A stretch of 64,000 bases of DNA from positions 62,001-126,000 of IMG/VR virus record IMGVR_UViG_3300033153_013547; one strand, 5' to 3'. The position numbers and the translations under genes are program-made. How positions within the stretch are numbered: the stretch's first letter is position 1; each line of letters starts with the position of its first letter. The notes under the pieces were generated by a model. It searched no databases. It was not told the origin of the DNA and saw only the letters and a program-made list of their open reading frames with translations. Below are positions 24,015 to 35,468 of the stretch, piece by piece.

Positions 24015-24953
24015 ATGCATGAATTGTGCCATTTGCAGTTAGATCCACTATACAATAACAAAGAAGTAGATCCACAAGAAATAGGTATAAGCAAAAATCA
24101 ATTTGAGAACCTAAAGTACAATGAATATTGTATCTTGAGCAATGGAGAATCTAATAGTGCAATAGCCTATAAAACAATCAAAGACACAATTAAGATTGCC
24201 AAACTTCCCAAAACTCTATCAATAAAAGCAAAATATGCTGAACATACCGCAGCTATTCATGCCATATTATACAATAATGATGTCAAGATCGTGATCCTCC
24301 ATGGCGTAGCTGGAGGAGGAAAATCTTACATATCTCTTGGTTGCGGTCTTCATGCCACAGTCGTTGCTAAAAAGCCACAATACAAGAAAATGCTATTGAT
24401 TAGAAACAATGTACCGGCATCCACATATTCCCTAGGACTATTGCCTGGAGAACTACACGAAAAGATGACCCCATGGTTTGGTCCAGCGGACGATATTTTA
24501 GAAGAACTATTATTGCTGCCAAGCCTCAAATCATGTGGATTGTATGCAGAAACCTCTGGTCAGCAACAAATTCCTGCCACTAGATTACTTACAAATAGCG
24601 GTCTATTAACAATAAGTACATCAGAATATCTTAGAGGAGCATCAAAAAAAGATACATATGTAATCGTTGATGACTTCCAAAACTTCACCAAAACAGAAAC
24701 AGATCTGATAATGACGAGATTTGGCCAGGGCTGTAAACTCGTGTTGTGTGGAGATCCTTCCCAAGTAGACAACAAGCAAACAAATGCCACCAACTCTGGC
24801 ATGGAATTAGTTCAAAATATGCGTCGATTAGACAATAATTTTGAAAAAGCCACAGCATCTATAGAATTCTTACACAGCGAATGTCGCGGGCCAATCGTCA
24901 AATTGTATATTGCTGCTAAAAGAAAAGTAACACAACACAGCACTCGTCACTAA
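24015..24953 (+). CDS. phoH: PhoH family ATPase
   Basis: GVAGGGKS, LGLLPGELHEKMTPW, YLRGAS, IVDDFQN, TRFGQGCKLVLCGDPSQVD. Confidence 0.9.
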   Translation: MHELCHLQLDPLYNNKEVDPQEIGISKNQFENLKYNEYCILSNGESNSAIAYKTIKDTIKIAKLPKTLSIKAKYAEHTAAIHAILYNNDVKIVILHGVAGGGKSYISLGCGLHATVVAKKPQYKKMLLIRNNVPASTYSLGLLPGELHEKMTPWFGPADDILEELLLLPSLKSCGLYAETSGQQQIPATRLLTNSGLLTISTSEYLRGASKKDTYVIVDDFQNFTKTETDLIMTRFGQGCKLVLCGDPSQVDNKQTNATNSGMELVQNMRRLDNNFEKATASIEFLHSECRGPIVKLYIAAKRKVTQHSTRH

Positions 24954-25025
24954 CCAATACCAATAACTAATATTGATTGGTCTGTAGTAACAAAAATAAT
25001 TAACAAAGGCAGGAACACAAACATA

Positions 25026-25385
25026 ATGAAAAATAATTCCACAAATCGATGGGAATGGGTAGCAGTTTATTCTGACTATTCTGAATTTCGCCAATTTGAC
25101 GGCTCTACTGGTAAATCACATCATCAATTTAGCGAAATAGATTTTGATAGATTAAGAAACGTTATACTAACTAATGGTGCCCTTAGTTTAACAATAGGTG
25201 TATTCAACTGTGATCAGGTTGAGTATATACCAACATATTCTGATATCCACCATTCTATTGCATATACATGCATTTCAATTAAGAGAAATCATGAAACAAT
25301 CATCATTGGAGTATCAGAAACCAACGAAATAAAAATACTTGAAGGCAATCCAAAAGCCTTAGATATACATATTGAATTGAAATAA
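25026..25385 (+). CDS. hypothetical protein
   Basis: 119-aa ORF. Confidence 0.65.
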   Translation: MKNNSTNRWEWVAVYSDYSEFRQFDGSTGKSHHQFSEIDFDRLRNVILTNGALSLTIGVFNCDQVEYIPTYSDIHHSIAYTCISIKRNHETIIIGVSETNEIKILEGNPKALDIHIELK

Positions 25386-25450
25386 ATGCATTATAATTCT
25401 AATGAATCTAATTTTAGAATTATAACAACCCATAAAACTAATAATATGAT

Positions 25451-25987
25451 ATGAAATACATTGCCACATTAATTATGATGCTTGTGCTCATTATAGCCCT
25501 ATTTTCTTGTTCAAAACCAGTCTCCATTGTATTGCTTGTAGATCAAACTGACTCAACCAAAAATATCAGAGCCAACAAAAATGTCAAAAAATTGTGTGAT
25601 GCAATCAAGGCAAGACCAAATTATACTGTAAAAATGCTTGGAATGATGCCAGATCGTCTCTATCCTTTATCACTTGAGAATCTCAACAAATCATATGGTG
25701 TAAACAAAGGAGAAAATGGAGTAAAATACACAGGTGGAGATCTTGAAGGAGCAATTGAAAAAGTCACTAAGATTGCTTCATCTGACATCTATGTTATTAT
25801 TACAGATGGAGAGAATAATTTTGGGAACGTAGAACATGGGGTACCAGATGTTCCACCAGGACGATATATTTTTGTAGGTATAGACAAAGAAAAGTGGCAA
25901 AGTTATGCTGACAAAGGACATGAAGTATACACGTTAGATGAAGTGCCTAATTTGCTCAGAAGCATAGTTATGTATGGCAGGCTATAA
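25451..25987 (+). CDS. vWA-like lipoprotein
   Basis: Signal peptide ending LFSC; LLVDQTDS (MIDAS-like) and IITDGE. Confidence 0.6.
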   Translation: MKYIATLIMMLVLIIALFSCSKPVSIVLLVDQTDSTKNIRANKNVKKLCDAIKARPNYTVKMLGMMPDRLYPLSLENLNKSYGVNKGENGVKYTGGDLEGAIEKVTKIASSDIYVIITDGENNFGNVEHGVPDVPPGRYIFVGIDKEKWQSYADKGHEVYTLDEVPNLLRSIVMYGRL

Positions 25988-26943
25988 TGAACACACTATA
26001 TTTATACATAATAGTAGCAACATTATATCTGGGGATCCTTATATTTGCATCCTATAAACTGGGCATTATTACTTGGCTGATTGGCATGCTGATCATACCA
26101 GCATCTATAGGCACCATTCTAGCAGAAGTAGACATAGCACGTGGGGCTCTGTCTATGCTGACTGGGTCAGAGCTGGGATCCATGGTGATTTCTTTTTCTT
26201 TGGCCGTAGGTTTGTTGTTTTCATCTCACTGGTTGGCCAGTTGTATATTGAAATCTAGGTTCCATGAATTACATATGCCAAGCATTCTACTAGTAATGCT
26301 CATCATCTTATTTGGTTGGTTAGGAATGCTGAGAGTAGAGTTAGTAACATCATTTTTGCCTGATGACATAATAACCCAATCTAAATATATTTTCTTCATA
26401 TATCCCTTTATTTCTCTCACTTTGGGCTTTGCTTTGGCAGCAACCATAAGACCAATAGAACAAAAGTTCAAAAGAGCACATTTGTCTGCCCTTTTACTGA
26501 TGTCTAAAAAATCAGAGGAAGATGGATCAGCCATGGTAGCAGCCAGTGAGCTTGTTGATAAATTAGAATTTTCTCATGACAAAGCCATCAACTATGTATT
26601 GGATGAATCTGAATTTTTTGCAAAACTAACAGGAGAACCTGATGATCAAGCAAAATCAACAGAATCTGCCCCTGAAAAACCACCAGAAGCAGTGGTAATT
26701 GAGAAAAACCCAGAGATAGAAGAAGAATCTCCAGAGGACACTACTATTACTAATACAGATGCTAATATAAAACCGGAAATTCCTGTAAAAAAGCCTGTGA
26801 CAACCAAAACAACAGGAACTAAAATTGTTACAAAAACCAAGAAAAAATTCGTAAAAGAAATACACAATCCATACAGGGAAATACGTAAGACAAACAGAAA
26901 AATAAGAAATAAAGCCAACAAAAAGGTGGTGCCCTTAAAGTGA
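25987..26943 (+). CDS. multi-pass membrane protein with charged C-terminal tail
   Basis: ~5 TM segments; start overlaps the vWA gene stop. Confidence 0.75.
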   Translation: MNTLYLYIIVATLYLGILIFASYKLGIITWLIGMLIIPASIGTILAEVDIARGALSMLTGSELGSMVISFSLAVGLLFSSHWLASCILKSRFHELHMPSILLVMLIILFGWLGMLRVELVTSFLPDDIITQSKYIFFIYPFISLTLGFALAATIRPIEQKFKRAHLSALLLMSKKSEEDGSAMVAASELVDKLEFSHDKAINYVLDESEFFAKLTGEPDDQAKSTESAPEKPPEAVVIEKNPEIEEESPEDTTITNTDANIKPEIPVKKPVTTKTTGTKIVTKTKKKFVKEIHNPYREIRKTNRKIRNKANKKVVPLK

Positions 26944-27073
26944 CCAAACAAGAAGTGTTAGAAAAACTTCAAGATCTTATGGACAAATATGGGTGTGGCA
27001 TTCCTTATGGTGCAATAATAATTATTAGAAATATTATTGTAGAACTAAGTAAGGAATTGGGGGAGAAAGGCTA

Positions 27074-27604
27074 ATGCCAGACATAAAAGAATATACAAGT
27101 ATTGATCCTAATGTAAAGTTTTTGGGTGCTGCTACTGTGCACTCTTTTACTAGTATAGATGGAGATGTAGTGATTGGAGACAATACCACAATATGGCAAT
27201 CTACAAATATTGCAGGCAAAGTTTCCGTAGGCTCAAATTGTGTAATTGGTTCTCAGTGCTCAATTCTGGGCACCAAGATGCCCACAATCATTGGCAAACA
27301 TGTTCGTATGCAGTCTCATTGTTTTATTCCTGATGGCACAGTAATTGGAGACAACACCTTTCTTGCCCCTGGGGTTACGATTTTGAACGATAAATATCCC
27401 CCATCATCCAGTCACAAAGATTGGAGTCCCGTAACAATCGAAAATGGGGCACGTATAGGCGGAGGAGTAGTCATTTTACCCGGCGTCACCATTGGCAAGG
27501 GTGCTCTGGTGGGGGCAGGTTCGGTTGTGACCAAGGACGTTATTCCCAACTCTGTGGTCAAAGGAAGCCCAGCAAGGATTTGGGTGATACCATCCCTTGA
27601 ATAA
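27074..27604 (+). CDS. hexapeptide-repeat sugar N-acetyltransferase (WbpD/WlbB-like)
   Basis: Left-handed beta-helix repeats; NDKYP; [29 protein letters not shown]. Confidence 0.88.
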   Translation: MPDIKEYTSIDPNVKFLGAATVHSFTSIDGDVVIGDNTTIWQSTNIAGKVSVGSNCVIGSQCSILGTKMPTIIGKHVRMQSHCFIPDGTVIGDNTFLAPGVTILNDKYPPSSSHKDWSPVTIENGARIGGGVVILPGVTIGKGALVGAGSVVTKDVIPNSVVKGSPARIWVIPSLE

Positions 27605-28439
27605 TAAAACATTTGCCATATCTGGATTGGGTAGCATATCCCCACGTCATTTGGAAGCCGTGAAGCATATTGGGGGCATCATTCTTGACGTACATGATCC
27701 TGATTGGAGCAAATCATATTTTTATGGAAGGCAGGCAGTCTTTCACAAATCCATTGAAAGCATGCTTGAAAAATCAGAAGCAGAATGGTTTGTCATTTTG
27801 TCTCCCAGTAAATACCACTTTTCTCAATCTATGAAAGCCCTGGATCTGGGCAAGAAAGTTATAGTAGAAAAACCTGCTGCTATGACTCTATATGACGTTC
27901 TACAATATTCTGGACGAGAAATCTATACCGTATCACAACTACGATATCTCGACGACATTATCAACATCAAAAATAAAATATCTACAGGTCACCATGATGT
28001 AAACATCAAGATCATAGCACACAGGCATCCCATAACCATGGCAAACTGGAGACATGACATAAATTGGTCTGGTGGGCTAATGTATTTCGTAGGCATTCAT
28101 TACATAGACTTAGTCACTTGGTTGTTTGGCAAGATGGAAAAATTAGAACAAGTTACTTGGCTAAACAAACAAAAGTGCCAATTTAGTATGGAGTTAGAAA
28201 GAGCCACAGTCAATGCCAGCTTTGAAATTACTGAAACCCAACCAAACCACAAGAGCATGATCATAGATGATATAGAAATAGATTTGGCTGCCAAGTTTTA
28301 TGATTTACATTGTTATTTATATGAAGATATAATGGCAGGACATGGCATTCATCCAATGGATGTATATCATACTATGGAGATTATTCATAAGATTAATGGC
28401 TATGCCAATGAAGGATATGGCTACAATGCTTCTAAATAA
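27597..28439 (+). CDS. Gfo/Idh/MocA oxidoreductase (WbpB/WlbA-like)
   Basis: [33 protein letters not shown]. Confidence 0.85.
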   Translation: MNNKTFAISGLGSISPRHLEAVKHIGGIILDVHDPDWSKSYFYGRQAVFHKSIESMLEKSEAEWFVILSPSKYHFSQSMKALDLGKKVIVEKPAAMTLYDVLQYSGREIYTVSQLRYLDDIINIKNKISTGHHDVNIKIIAHRHPITMANWRHDINWSGGLMYFVGIHYIDLVTWLFGKMEKLEQVTWLNKQKCQFSMELERATVNASFEITETQPNHKSMIIDDIEIDLAAKFYDLHCYLYEDIMAGHGIHPMDVYHTMEIIHKINGYANEGYGYNASK

Positions 28440-29389
28440 GCAGCTATATTTTCATGGGCATTAGCAGGGGGAACAATAATTTCTAAATTACCAGCCCTAA
28501 ATGACCTAATAGCATTGGCCAAATACTCACTACTATATCCCACTATTATACCATAGCCTGTGTCTATAATTGCTTGGTGTTCTGTGTTACTACGAGGAAT
28601 AATTACTGTCTTACCCAACCAATAAGCCTCACGTTGAATGCCGCCGGAATCTGTTGCAACAAATTCAGAATTGACTAACAGAGAAACAAGTCTCTTGTGT
28701 GATATAGGATCTATAAGCCTTATATTTTTGGGTATCAATAAACCAAACTCTTGTATTCTTGCCTTGGTTCTTGGATGAATGGGCCAAACAAAACTATATT
28801 CCTCACAAGTTCCTATGGCATGCAAAACAGATGATAGTCTTGCTCTATTGTCCACCAATTCTGCTCTATGAAGGGTTATAAGATTTTCATTACTTGTGCT
28901 ATAAGGATCCAAATCATATGACATAATTTTGTCATAGACAGGATCTCCAACAATAGTGGAATTATGCAAACCTTCCTTAGATAAATTCCTTTGACAATAT
29001 TTGTCAGTGCACAACAAATGATCTGCCATTTTATCCACAGACATTCTAATCCTTTCTTCTATGGCTTCGTTGTCATAACACCTCATTCCTGCTTCAATAT
29101 GTACTAACGTTTTGTTGCACATTTTAGCACAAATAGCTCCAGCAAGAGTGCTTCTTGTGTCTCCTAAAACACAGATGATTTTGGGATTGATATCATTGAC
29201 AATTTCTATTGCTGCATCTATGGTTTCCCCCAAGCTGGTTTTCAGCAAATTGTAATCACAATTCACTGCATCATGTATGTCATTGAGATTAGCATCATAG
29301 TGCTGACCAGTATTTACTATAATACTAGCCCAAAGTCTGGATAATTTCAATAATTCAGGACGTGTGCCTATGATTGTTAGGACTTTCAT
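28421..29389 (-). CDS. UDP-N-acetylglucosamine 2-epimerase (WecB/WbpI-like)
   Basis: GTRPE, TGQHYD, LGDT, HIEAGMR, TLHRAE, HPRT, TDSGGIQREA. Confidence 0.92.
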   Translation of the reverse strand: MKVLTIIGTRPELLKLSRLWASIIVNTGQHYDANLNDIHDAVNCDYNLLKTSLGETIDAAIEIVNDINPKIICVLGDTRSTLAGAICAKMCNKTLVHIEAGMRCYDNEAIEERIRMSVDKMADHLLCTDKYCQRNLSKEGLHNSTIVGDPVYDKIMSYDLDPYSTSNENLITLHRAELVDNRARLSSVLHAIGTCEEYSFVWPIHPRTKARIQEFGLLIPKNIRLIDPISHKRLVSLLVNSEFVATDSGGIQREAYWLGKTVIIPRSNTEHQAIIDTGYGIIVGYSSEYLANAIRSFRAGNLEIIVPPANAHENIAAYLEAL

Positions 29390-29398
29390 TTGTGTCTC

Positions 29399-30280
29399 CT
29401 AAAACGTATCAAAAGTATCTGGATATACTTTATTGGGTAAGTTCTTTCTTATTCGCAACTGAGACCATTGCTTATCATAGTTGAGTAAAGAGACTTCTTT
29501 GCTTATTCTATCAACGGTCTGTGCCACATTGTCTCCACAATATACTTTTACATTATAATCCATTGTTTGGGAATCTATTTCTAGTGCCCAGTTCTGATCA
29601 CCCAACTTCCATCCACCCTGAGAATTGTCTACATCCCATAAAAAGGTACCAAGACTATAAGCAATAATACCATCTCTATATCTTTCAATGCCAGAAGGAA
29701 TGTGTGGGTGGGCTCCAGCAATAATATCTGCCCCCCAATCAATAATATCATGGGCCAATCTTTTTTGAGATGGTAATGGATAAGGTTCTCCCTCATATCC
29801 CCAGTGTAAGGACACAATGATGGTGTCACAAGACTTTCTAATTAGATTGATATCTCTTCTGATTTCTTGACGCTTGATGTCTCTTGCCCCCACTCCATCA
29901 AGATGACCAGAAGTTGTCATTGGCCAAACATGCCATGAATAGGCCAGTAAACCAACACCATTGGTAATATTATACGTCCCATCCCCAAACACACCAGTAT
30001 AACCCACTCCCCACTGATCAAGATATTTTTTAGTAATATCTACCCCCTCTTTGCCAAAATCATAAATATGATTATTAGCAAGCGATACTGTAGTGAGATT
30101 CATATTCTTTATGGGTTCTGGAGCAGACCGTATACCAAATCTCCATGACCATCTTGGTGTCGGGTGCAAGGTTGTTCCGCCAAGTGGTCCTTCTAAATTG
30201 GCAAAAACATAGTCAGATTCAGGTTGATAGGGAGATTCTTGTTTCCTGGAACAAATATCGCCTATTAATATAATTTTCAT
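29399..30280 (-). CDS. CapA/PGA_cap family metallophosphoesterase
   Basis: GD, NLEGP, SLANNHIYDFG, SLHWGYE, GAHPH, YSLG. Confidence 0.88.
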   Translation of the reverse strand: MKIILIGDICSRKQESPYQPESDYVFANLEGPLGGTTLHPTPRWSWRFGIRSAPEPIKNMNLTTVSLANNHIYDFGKEGVDITKKYLDQWGVGYTGVFGDGTYNITNGVGLLAYSWHVWPMTTSGHLDGVGARDIKRQEIRRDINLIRKSCDTIIVSLHWGYEGEPYPLPSQKRLAHDIIDWGADIIAGAHPHIPSGIERYRDGIIAYSLGTFLWDVDNSQGGWKLGDQNWALEIDSQTMDYNVKVYCGDNVAQTVDRISKEVSLLNYDKQWSQLRIRKNLPNKVYPDTFDTF

Positions 30281-30295
30281 TATTGTTTTCTCCTA

Positions 30296-31531
30296 TTACT
30301 TGACTGGAGGAAAATCATCTTGGTTCAACCATTTCTTCCACTTGTCTACATAACATCCATATCCATTATTATCTGGAGCAGTGTTGCCGCTATAAAAATC
30401 AAAGCCAGTATCCAATAATATAGATCCAATGTCTTCTCCTCTCCAAAGCAATTTGAGTATAGATTCATTGGCTTTGTATACCCATTCTGGCACAGACTTG
30501 CCATCAACAAGTTCCATGGCATATTGATGAGTATCAGAAATCAAAGGATTGAGCACGTCACGATTTCTTGGTCTTTTATTGATGCCAACAATCCCCGGAT
30601 TATGGCCAACTGCCTTTATCAAGGTGTACACATTGTGACAAGTACCACACGCATAACACCACGGCATACCCGTCATACAAGATCTCTGAAAGCTTGCTAT
30701 TTTTGGATACCTATCAAGCAAGAGTCTTTGTACACCCAGTGTGCTCAGAGCATGGGTGACGGACGAAAAATCTATATCCAGCAAACCAGAAGAAACGCAT
30801 CCCAAATGAAACAAAGAACAATTGGGACGTGGCAAGAGATTATCATTATTCGTTTTGGAAAACGGCATTTCTAACCCAGAAAGAATGGTAGAAGCGCCAT
30901 AAGCATATGCTAAGGGAACCGCGAATAACCACCACGGGATTATTTTATAACCGAATGAGCTCATATAATTGGTCATTATTTGACAATTAGGAATGCTTAA
31001 TATAGCATATACTTTAGACATGGCTGCCCGCCGCTCCTGCCACAACGCTTCGGTTTTGTACTGATTGCCAATTGTAAAGGCTATAACGTTTTCAGAAATT
31101 TCTGATGCCAAACTCACACAAGTTAGCCCGTCCTTACCCATACCATTCCCAGCAAGCACAGCCCGTTTCTTATCCATGCCCTGATCTTGAACAATCTTAT
31201 TGCACACTACCGTCATCGGCTTGCCGTTCTTGGTAACAAAACCATAAGGATTAGTTTTGTGATTTACATTGATGTGTCGCTGAATGGCAGATATCTCTGA
31301 TTCAGTTAGTTCACTGAAAATGACTTTGTCATATAAATGAGATGACCAAGCAAGATGTTCAGACAATATAATGGCTATCATGAAGTTTAGCACATGATCT
31401 GGTGCCACACCAATATCACGGTCATACTTGATCCATAGAGGACGCAGAGTTTTGCCAGAAAATTTAGTCAATAAATGACTAAAGCCAAATTCTATCGTGG
31501 AACTATCTCGTCTATTTAGTGTAATACGCAC
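30296..31531 (-). CDS. PP-loop-like (adenine nucleotide alpha-hydrolase) protein with Cys cluster
   Basis: GNGMGKDG (SGGKDS-like) and SC...WCYACGTC, a QueC/MurL-like layout. Confidence 0.5.
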   Translation of the reverse strand: MRITLNRRDSSTIEFGFSHLLTKFSGKTLRPLWIKYDRDIGVAPDHVLNFMIAIILSEHLAWSSHLYDKVIFSELTESEISAIQRHINVNHKTNPYGFVTKNGKPMTVVCNKIVQDQGMDKKRAVLAGNGMGKDGLTCVSLASEISENVIAFTIGNQYKTEALWQERRAAMSKVYAILSIPNCQIMTNYMSSFGYKIIPWWLFAVPLAYAYGASTILSGLEMPFSKTNNDNLLPRPNCSLFHLGCVSSGLLDIDFSSVTHALSTLGVQRLLLDRYPKIASFQRSCMTGMPWCYACGTCHNVYTLIKAVGHNPGIVGINKRPRNRDVLNPLISDTHQYAMELVDGKSVPEWVYKANESILKLLWRGEDIGSILLDTGFDFYSGNTAPDNNGYGCYVDKWKKWLNQDDFPPVK

Positions 31532-31532
31532 G

Positions 31533-32558
31533 TTACTTGCCTACCAGCTTACCACCACAACACAATCGTTGACAAGGAGGAGGAAACCCATTCTCGATAA
31601 TAAAATTATTGAGTTCTGTAAGAGCCTTGGTATCTAAAACAAGGGGAGGACCAATATTTCCGAATACTCTTGTGTCAAAACACCTACCACCAGCAGGTAT
31701 TGTGCCATCGGGATTGATGGCCAGTCTTTGCCCTGCAAGCAAGGCAGAAATTATTCTACAACCATTACGTCCCGACGCAACAAACTTTGTGGGAGATTCT
31801 TGATAATATTCTTTGAGATCTGATAAGGTAGATAATTTTGGATAGCAATAAGGGAACAATTTATGCTTAGTCAATTGCTCAAATATTTTATTACAGTTCA
31901 TTTGATGTATTTGTTCTTCTGTATATCCAGAGATATTTGCTGGTTTACACACACCCCCTGGCGCATCAAAATTACACGACAATGGAGACACATAATTATA
32001 GTGATTGAAAACCATTTGATGAATGCCAAGGGTTTTGGTAATAAACACATGCATTGCACCCAAATGCATGTAATTATCTGGGGTAATGGCTAGGGAAATT
32101 CTTATGGTCTTATATTTGAACTTTTTCTTCAGCAATAGAATTCCATTTATAGCTCTATCAAATGATCCATCAACTCCACGTATTTTATCATGAATATCTG
32201 CAGTAGGCCCATCTAAACTTACTGCCAATGAATCAATGTGTTTGGCAATTGTCCCAGCATACTTTTCAAGATACCAACCATTAGTTGTCATACTTATAGA
32301 TATTGGCCCCTTGAGATGTGAACGCAAACTAGCACACAATTCATCAAACTTTTTGTATAGTAGTGGTTCAGCACCCAGAATGGCTATGGCTTTCACATCT
32401 AATTGCTTGAGCCCATTTATCCATTCTTCAGGCTCCAATTCATGAGCACCTGGAATCCATGTGCCACCAAAACCAGACGCATCATGCTGACCCTGTCCAA
32501 TATCACACATTTTGCATCGTAAATTGCATCTATTAGTAATGATCATGCTGACATTCAT
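31533..32558 (-). CDS. radical SAM protein with SPASM/twitch-like C-terminus
   Basis: CNLRCKMC, GAEPLL, TTNG, VSLDG..HDKIRG. Confidence 0.9.
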   Translation of the reverse strand: MNVSMIITNRCNLRCKMCDIGQGQHDASGFGGTWIPGAHELEPEEWINGLKQLDVKAIAILGAEPLLYKKFDELCASLRSHLKGPISISMTTNGWYLEKYAGTIAKHIDSLAVSLDGPTADIHDKIRGVDGSFDRAINGILLLKKKFKYKTIRISLAITPDNYMHLGAMHVFITKTLGIHQMVFNHYNYVSPLSCNFDAPGGVCKPANISGYTEEQIHQMNCNKIFEQLTKHKLFPYCYPKLSTLSDLKEYYQESPTKFVASGRNGCRIISALLAGQRLAINPDGTIPAGGRCFDTRVFGNIGPPLVLDTKALTELNNFIIENGFPPPCQRLCCGGKLVGK

Positions 32559-32567
32559 AATAATTCC

Positions 32568-33392
32568 TTAACTATTAGACAACGCCCAGGCAGCAATGGC
32601 TCTTGCCCTGAAGTTAGGGGCAACAATGGTTTCTTGTGTTGTGATATCTAACGCTTTCTTAGCAATATCCTTATTGAGATTTTTACAGGCCATATAAATC
32701 ATTGGTGGGCCCCAACCTGCTCGCCCACGATATCCAGGGCGTGTAACCCACATGGCCTCAAGACGCTCCATTGATAATGCCACAATATCCTGCGTATTCA
32801 ATCCATAAGCCACGTCTGCTTCCTTCAAACAATAGATAATCATGGCCAAATGATATGGGTCTTCTTCTCTGACATATGTGTCATCTTTCATGTTCATATA
32901 TTTCCAGTTGTTGATATTAGGATCTAGATAGCTTACAAGAACATCTATAAGTTTATTGGCCTTGTCTATTTGTCCATTCATTGCAAAAACCAAGGCTGCC
33001 GATGCACTCACGTTGGGAACAAGATATTCAATATCAACACTGCAATATTTTTGCATGCCATTAGGATACAATCCTATGGATTCTATTGTTTTTGCCAGTC
33101 TATTAATTAGATCTGTGTCACCAATCACCCTGGCAAATTCACAACAGGCCCACGCTGTATAGGCAAACTTAGTGCCCTTAGGACATAAAACCTTGTGTAT
33201 ACCGCACGCATAATCGGCATGAAGAGTACAGTCTCTTTGTATTATCTGATCATAGCAATCTTTGTAATCCAAATTAGCCAAAGCGCGTGCGGTTCCCAAA
33301 AACGCAAAGCCATCAGCACTGTCTTGTTCAAAATAATGATTATTCACAGGATATTCTATTGAGCCAATAATTTTCTTATTTTTTTTGTGCAT
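32568..33392 (-). CDS. hypothetical helical protein
   Basis: 274-aa ORF in operon. Confidence 0.7.
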   Translation of the reverse strand: MHKKNKKIIGSIEYPVNNHYFEQDSADGFAFLGTARALANLDYKDCYDQIIQRDCTLHADYACGIHKVLCPKGTKFAYTAWACCEFARVIGDTDLINRLAKTIESIGLYPNGMQKYCSVDIEYLVPNVSASAALVFAMNGQIDKANKLIDVLVSYLDPNINNWKYMNMKDDTYVREEDPYHLAMIIYCLKEADVAYGLNTQDIVALSMERLEAMWVTRPGYRGRAGWGPPMIYMACKNLNKDIAKKALDITTQETIVAPNFRARAIAAWALSNS

Positions 33393-33399
33393 TGATTCT

Positions 33400-34392
33400 C
33401 TATTTCCTGGGTGTTCTTCTCAGCGGACGCCGTCTATTATAAGATCTTGGTCGTTGATGAACCGTCTTCTTAACGGACCTCTCTGATTTGGGCGCTTCTT
33501 TAGCCTTTGATTTGGGGGCCCGTTTTTTGACTCGCTTTTTAGATGATGCTTTGGGTGGTTTCACAAGATTCCTTGCTACAAGATCTCTTGGTTTTCTGTG
33601 AGCCTCATGATTGGGCACATATTGCTTTAGTTCCAATAGCCTGTCTACAATATCTTTTGGAATATATTGCTTTATGTCTATGTCTATTTCAACCCAAGGT
33701 GCGCTTATCCTCTGTCCCCTGAAATTGCCTTGTGGGCTAGATAGATTATTAAGCCCTCTGGTCCACAATGCATGTTGCCAACTATCAGAATTATTCCAGC
33801 ATACATTTAGTGGTTTGCCAGCATTTGCAACAATTGCTTGTTTATACAACCAACTATCATTTGAGCGTATACTATTCATTGGCACAAGATTTTTGGTCAG
33901 CCTACTATTGATAGCAAAGTTTATTGACACTGGATGTTTATAACCAGGATGATCATGATCAAAAAGATAATACTTGTGTGTTAACAAATCTAGCCACCAG
34001 CCTTTCTTGACCTGTGTCCAATCAGCAGATTTATCTTGAAAAATCTCATGGATCTCAGATAGTATGGTGGGTGGCAAATAATTATCACCAGCCACAGGGA
34101 ATAACACACGTGATGTGGAAGCCATCTTGTCCGCAATAATTTTCCACTTCCTGGACAAAACAATCCACTCATCAATAGATATATAACGAATATTCAGACA
34201 ATTGACTTGTCGCAATCTTTCTTCGAATTTAGCAACTTCTTCGGACCCAAACATATATTCGTCTTGTTCCTCACAAACAATGAGTTCCCACCCAAAATCA
34301 ACACTGATCTGCCCACACAAAGATTCCAAGGCAAGCCAGCCAATGTGTTTACAATTGAACATTGGTAAACCAACTGTCAATTCAATTTCCAT
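33400..34392 (-). CDS. GT-A (family 2-like) glycosyltransferase with basic C-terminal tail
   Basis: LTVGLPMFN...LESLCGQ...WELIVCEE. Confidence 0.65.
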   Translation of the reverse strand: MEIELTVGLPMFNCKHIGWLALESLCGQISVDFGWELIVCEEQDEYMFGSEEVAKFEERLRQVNCLNIRYISIDEWIVLSRKWKIIADKMASTSRVLFPVAGDNYLPPTILSEIHEIFQDKSADWTQVKKGWWLDLLTHKYYLFDHDHPGYKHPVSINFAINSRLTKNLVPMNSIRSNDSWLYKQAIVANAGKPLNVCWNNSDSWQHALWTRGLNNLSSPQGNFRGQRISAPWVEIDIDIKQYIPKDIVDRLLELKQYVPNHEAHRKPRDLVARNLVKPPKASSKKRVKKRAPKSKAKEAPKSERSVKKTVHQRPRSYNRRRPLRRTPRK

Positions 34393-34394
34393 AA

Positions 34395-35468
34395 TTATAG
34401 TCCTGAATATATATCATTCCATATATTAGCCACTGAAGCATAACTATGATGCTTGTGTACCCAATCCTTGGCACATTTTGATACGTCGGTCAAATCCATA
34501 TGAATAAGAGACAACAACGTATAATAAATATCATCTGGATTAGGAAGCACATTTATAATACCGTCCAACTCTTCTCGGACAAATCTGCCGCTCGATTGGT
34601 CGACAGCTCGATCTGAAACCCACACAAGAGTGGGTATTCCATAACTCATTGCTTCTAACCCAGCATAACCATATGCCCCAACAACACACTGCTCAAACAA
34701 TACATAAGACTGCTTGGTTCGTCTGAGACATTCTTTATGAGATAATTTTTCTATAAGATTTAATTGAGCTTCGGGATACTCTGACGCTAATTTATTCATG
34801 GCTGCCAAAAATGTATCGGTACCCTTTATAATCCTCGAACTAGGAGCATGGCTGATCAATTTTGTTTTCGAATGATCATGCTTGAACCATTCGTTATCCA
34901 TTTGATCACAGTCTATTGCTTGTGGAGTATAAACTCCTTTAAATTCTGGATAATTGATGTCTGGCGTCAATGTTGTTCTAATAGCCGCACTCATATACAT
35001 ACGCATTGGCCATATAGCCAATGCAGATTGCTTGTTACAGTAGTCATCACGCCTTCTAAATTTTGATCCTTCTACAGATGAAATAATTGGCACACGAGGG
35101 CTGCGCATTTTCAATAATTGATCAAATGCACTCCATATTACCGATGGCGGCTCATCCCCTTTATAATGAATAATATCAGCATTTTGAATAAGATTTTTGG
35201 CTTGTTCAATGCTCTCCCAATTTGCCTGGTCCGTTCTCATAAGACGATAACCGTCCCCAATGGGGCTGAGCTTGATGTTGGTTAAGCAAACATTTCTTGG
35301 CATTTGAAATCTATTGCCATGATCTGTGAGAACAATATGATCAACCTTATGCTTTGTGTATTTATTAACAGCACGAGCTATGCGCAAACCAGCAGCAGCA
35401 TAGTCAAACAACGATAACATGACAATGTTTTTGCCTTCCTTAGCCGTCTTTTTGACTGTCTTTATCAT
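34395..35468 (-). CDS. GT-B (family 4-like) glycosyltransferase
   Basis: HAPS...KGT; GAYGYAGLEAMSYGIP. Confidence 0.8.
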   Translation of the reverse strand: MIKTVKKTAKEGKNIVMLSLFDYAAAGLRIARAVNKYTKHKVDHIVLTDHGNRFQMPRNVCLTNIKLSPIGDGYRLMRTDQANWESIEQAKNLIQNADIIHYKGDEPPSVIWSAFDQLLKMRSPRVPIISSVEGSKFRRRDDYCNKQSALAIWPMRMYMSAAIRTTLTPDINYPEFKGVYTPQAIDCDQMDNEWFKHDHSKTKLISHAPSSRIIKGTDTFLAAMNKLASEYPEAQLNLIEKLSHKECLRRTKQSYVLFEQCVVGAYGYAGLEAMSYGIPTLVWVSDRAVDQSSGRFVREELDGIINVLPNPDDIYYTLLSLIHMDLTDVSKCAKDWVHKHHSYASVANIWNDIYSGL

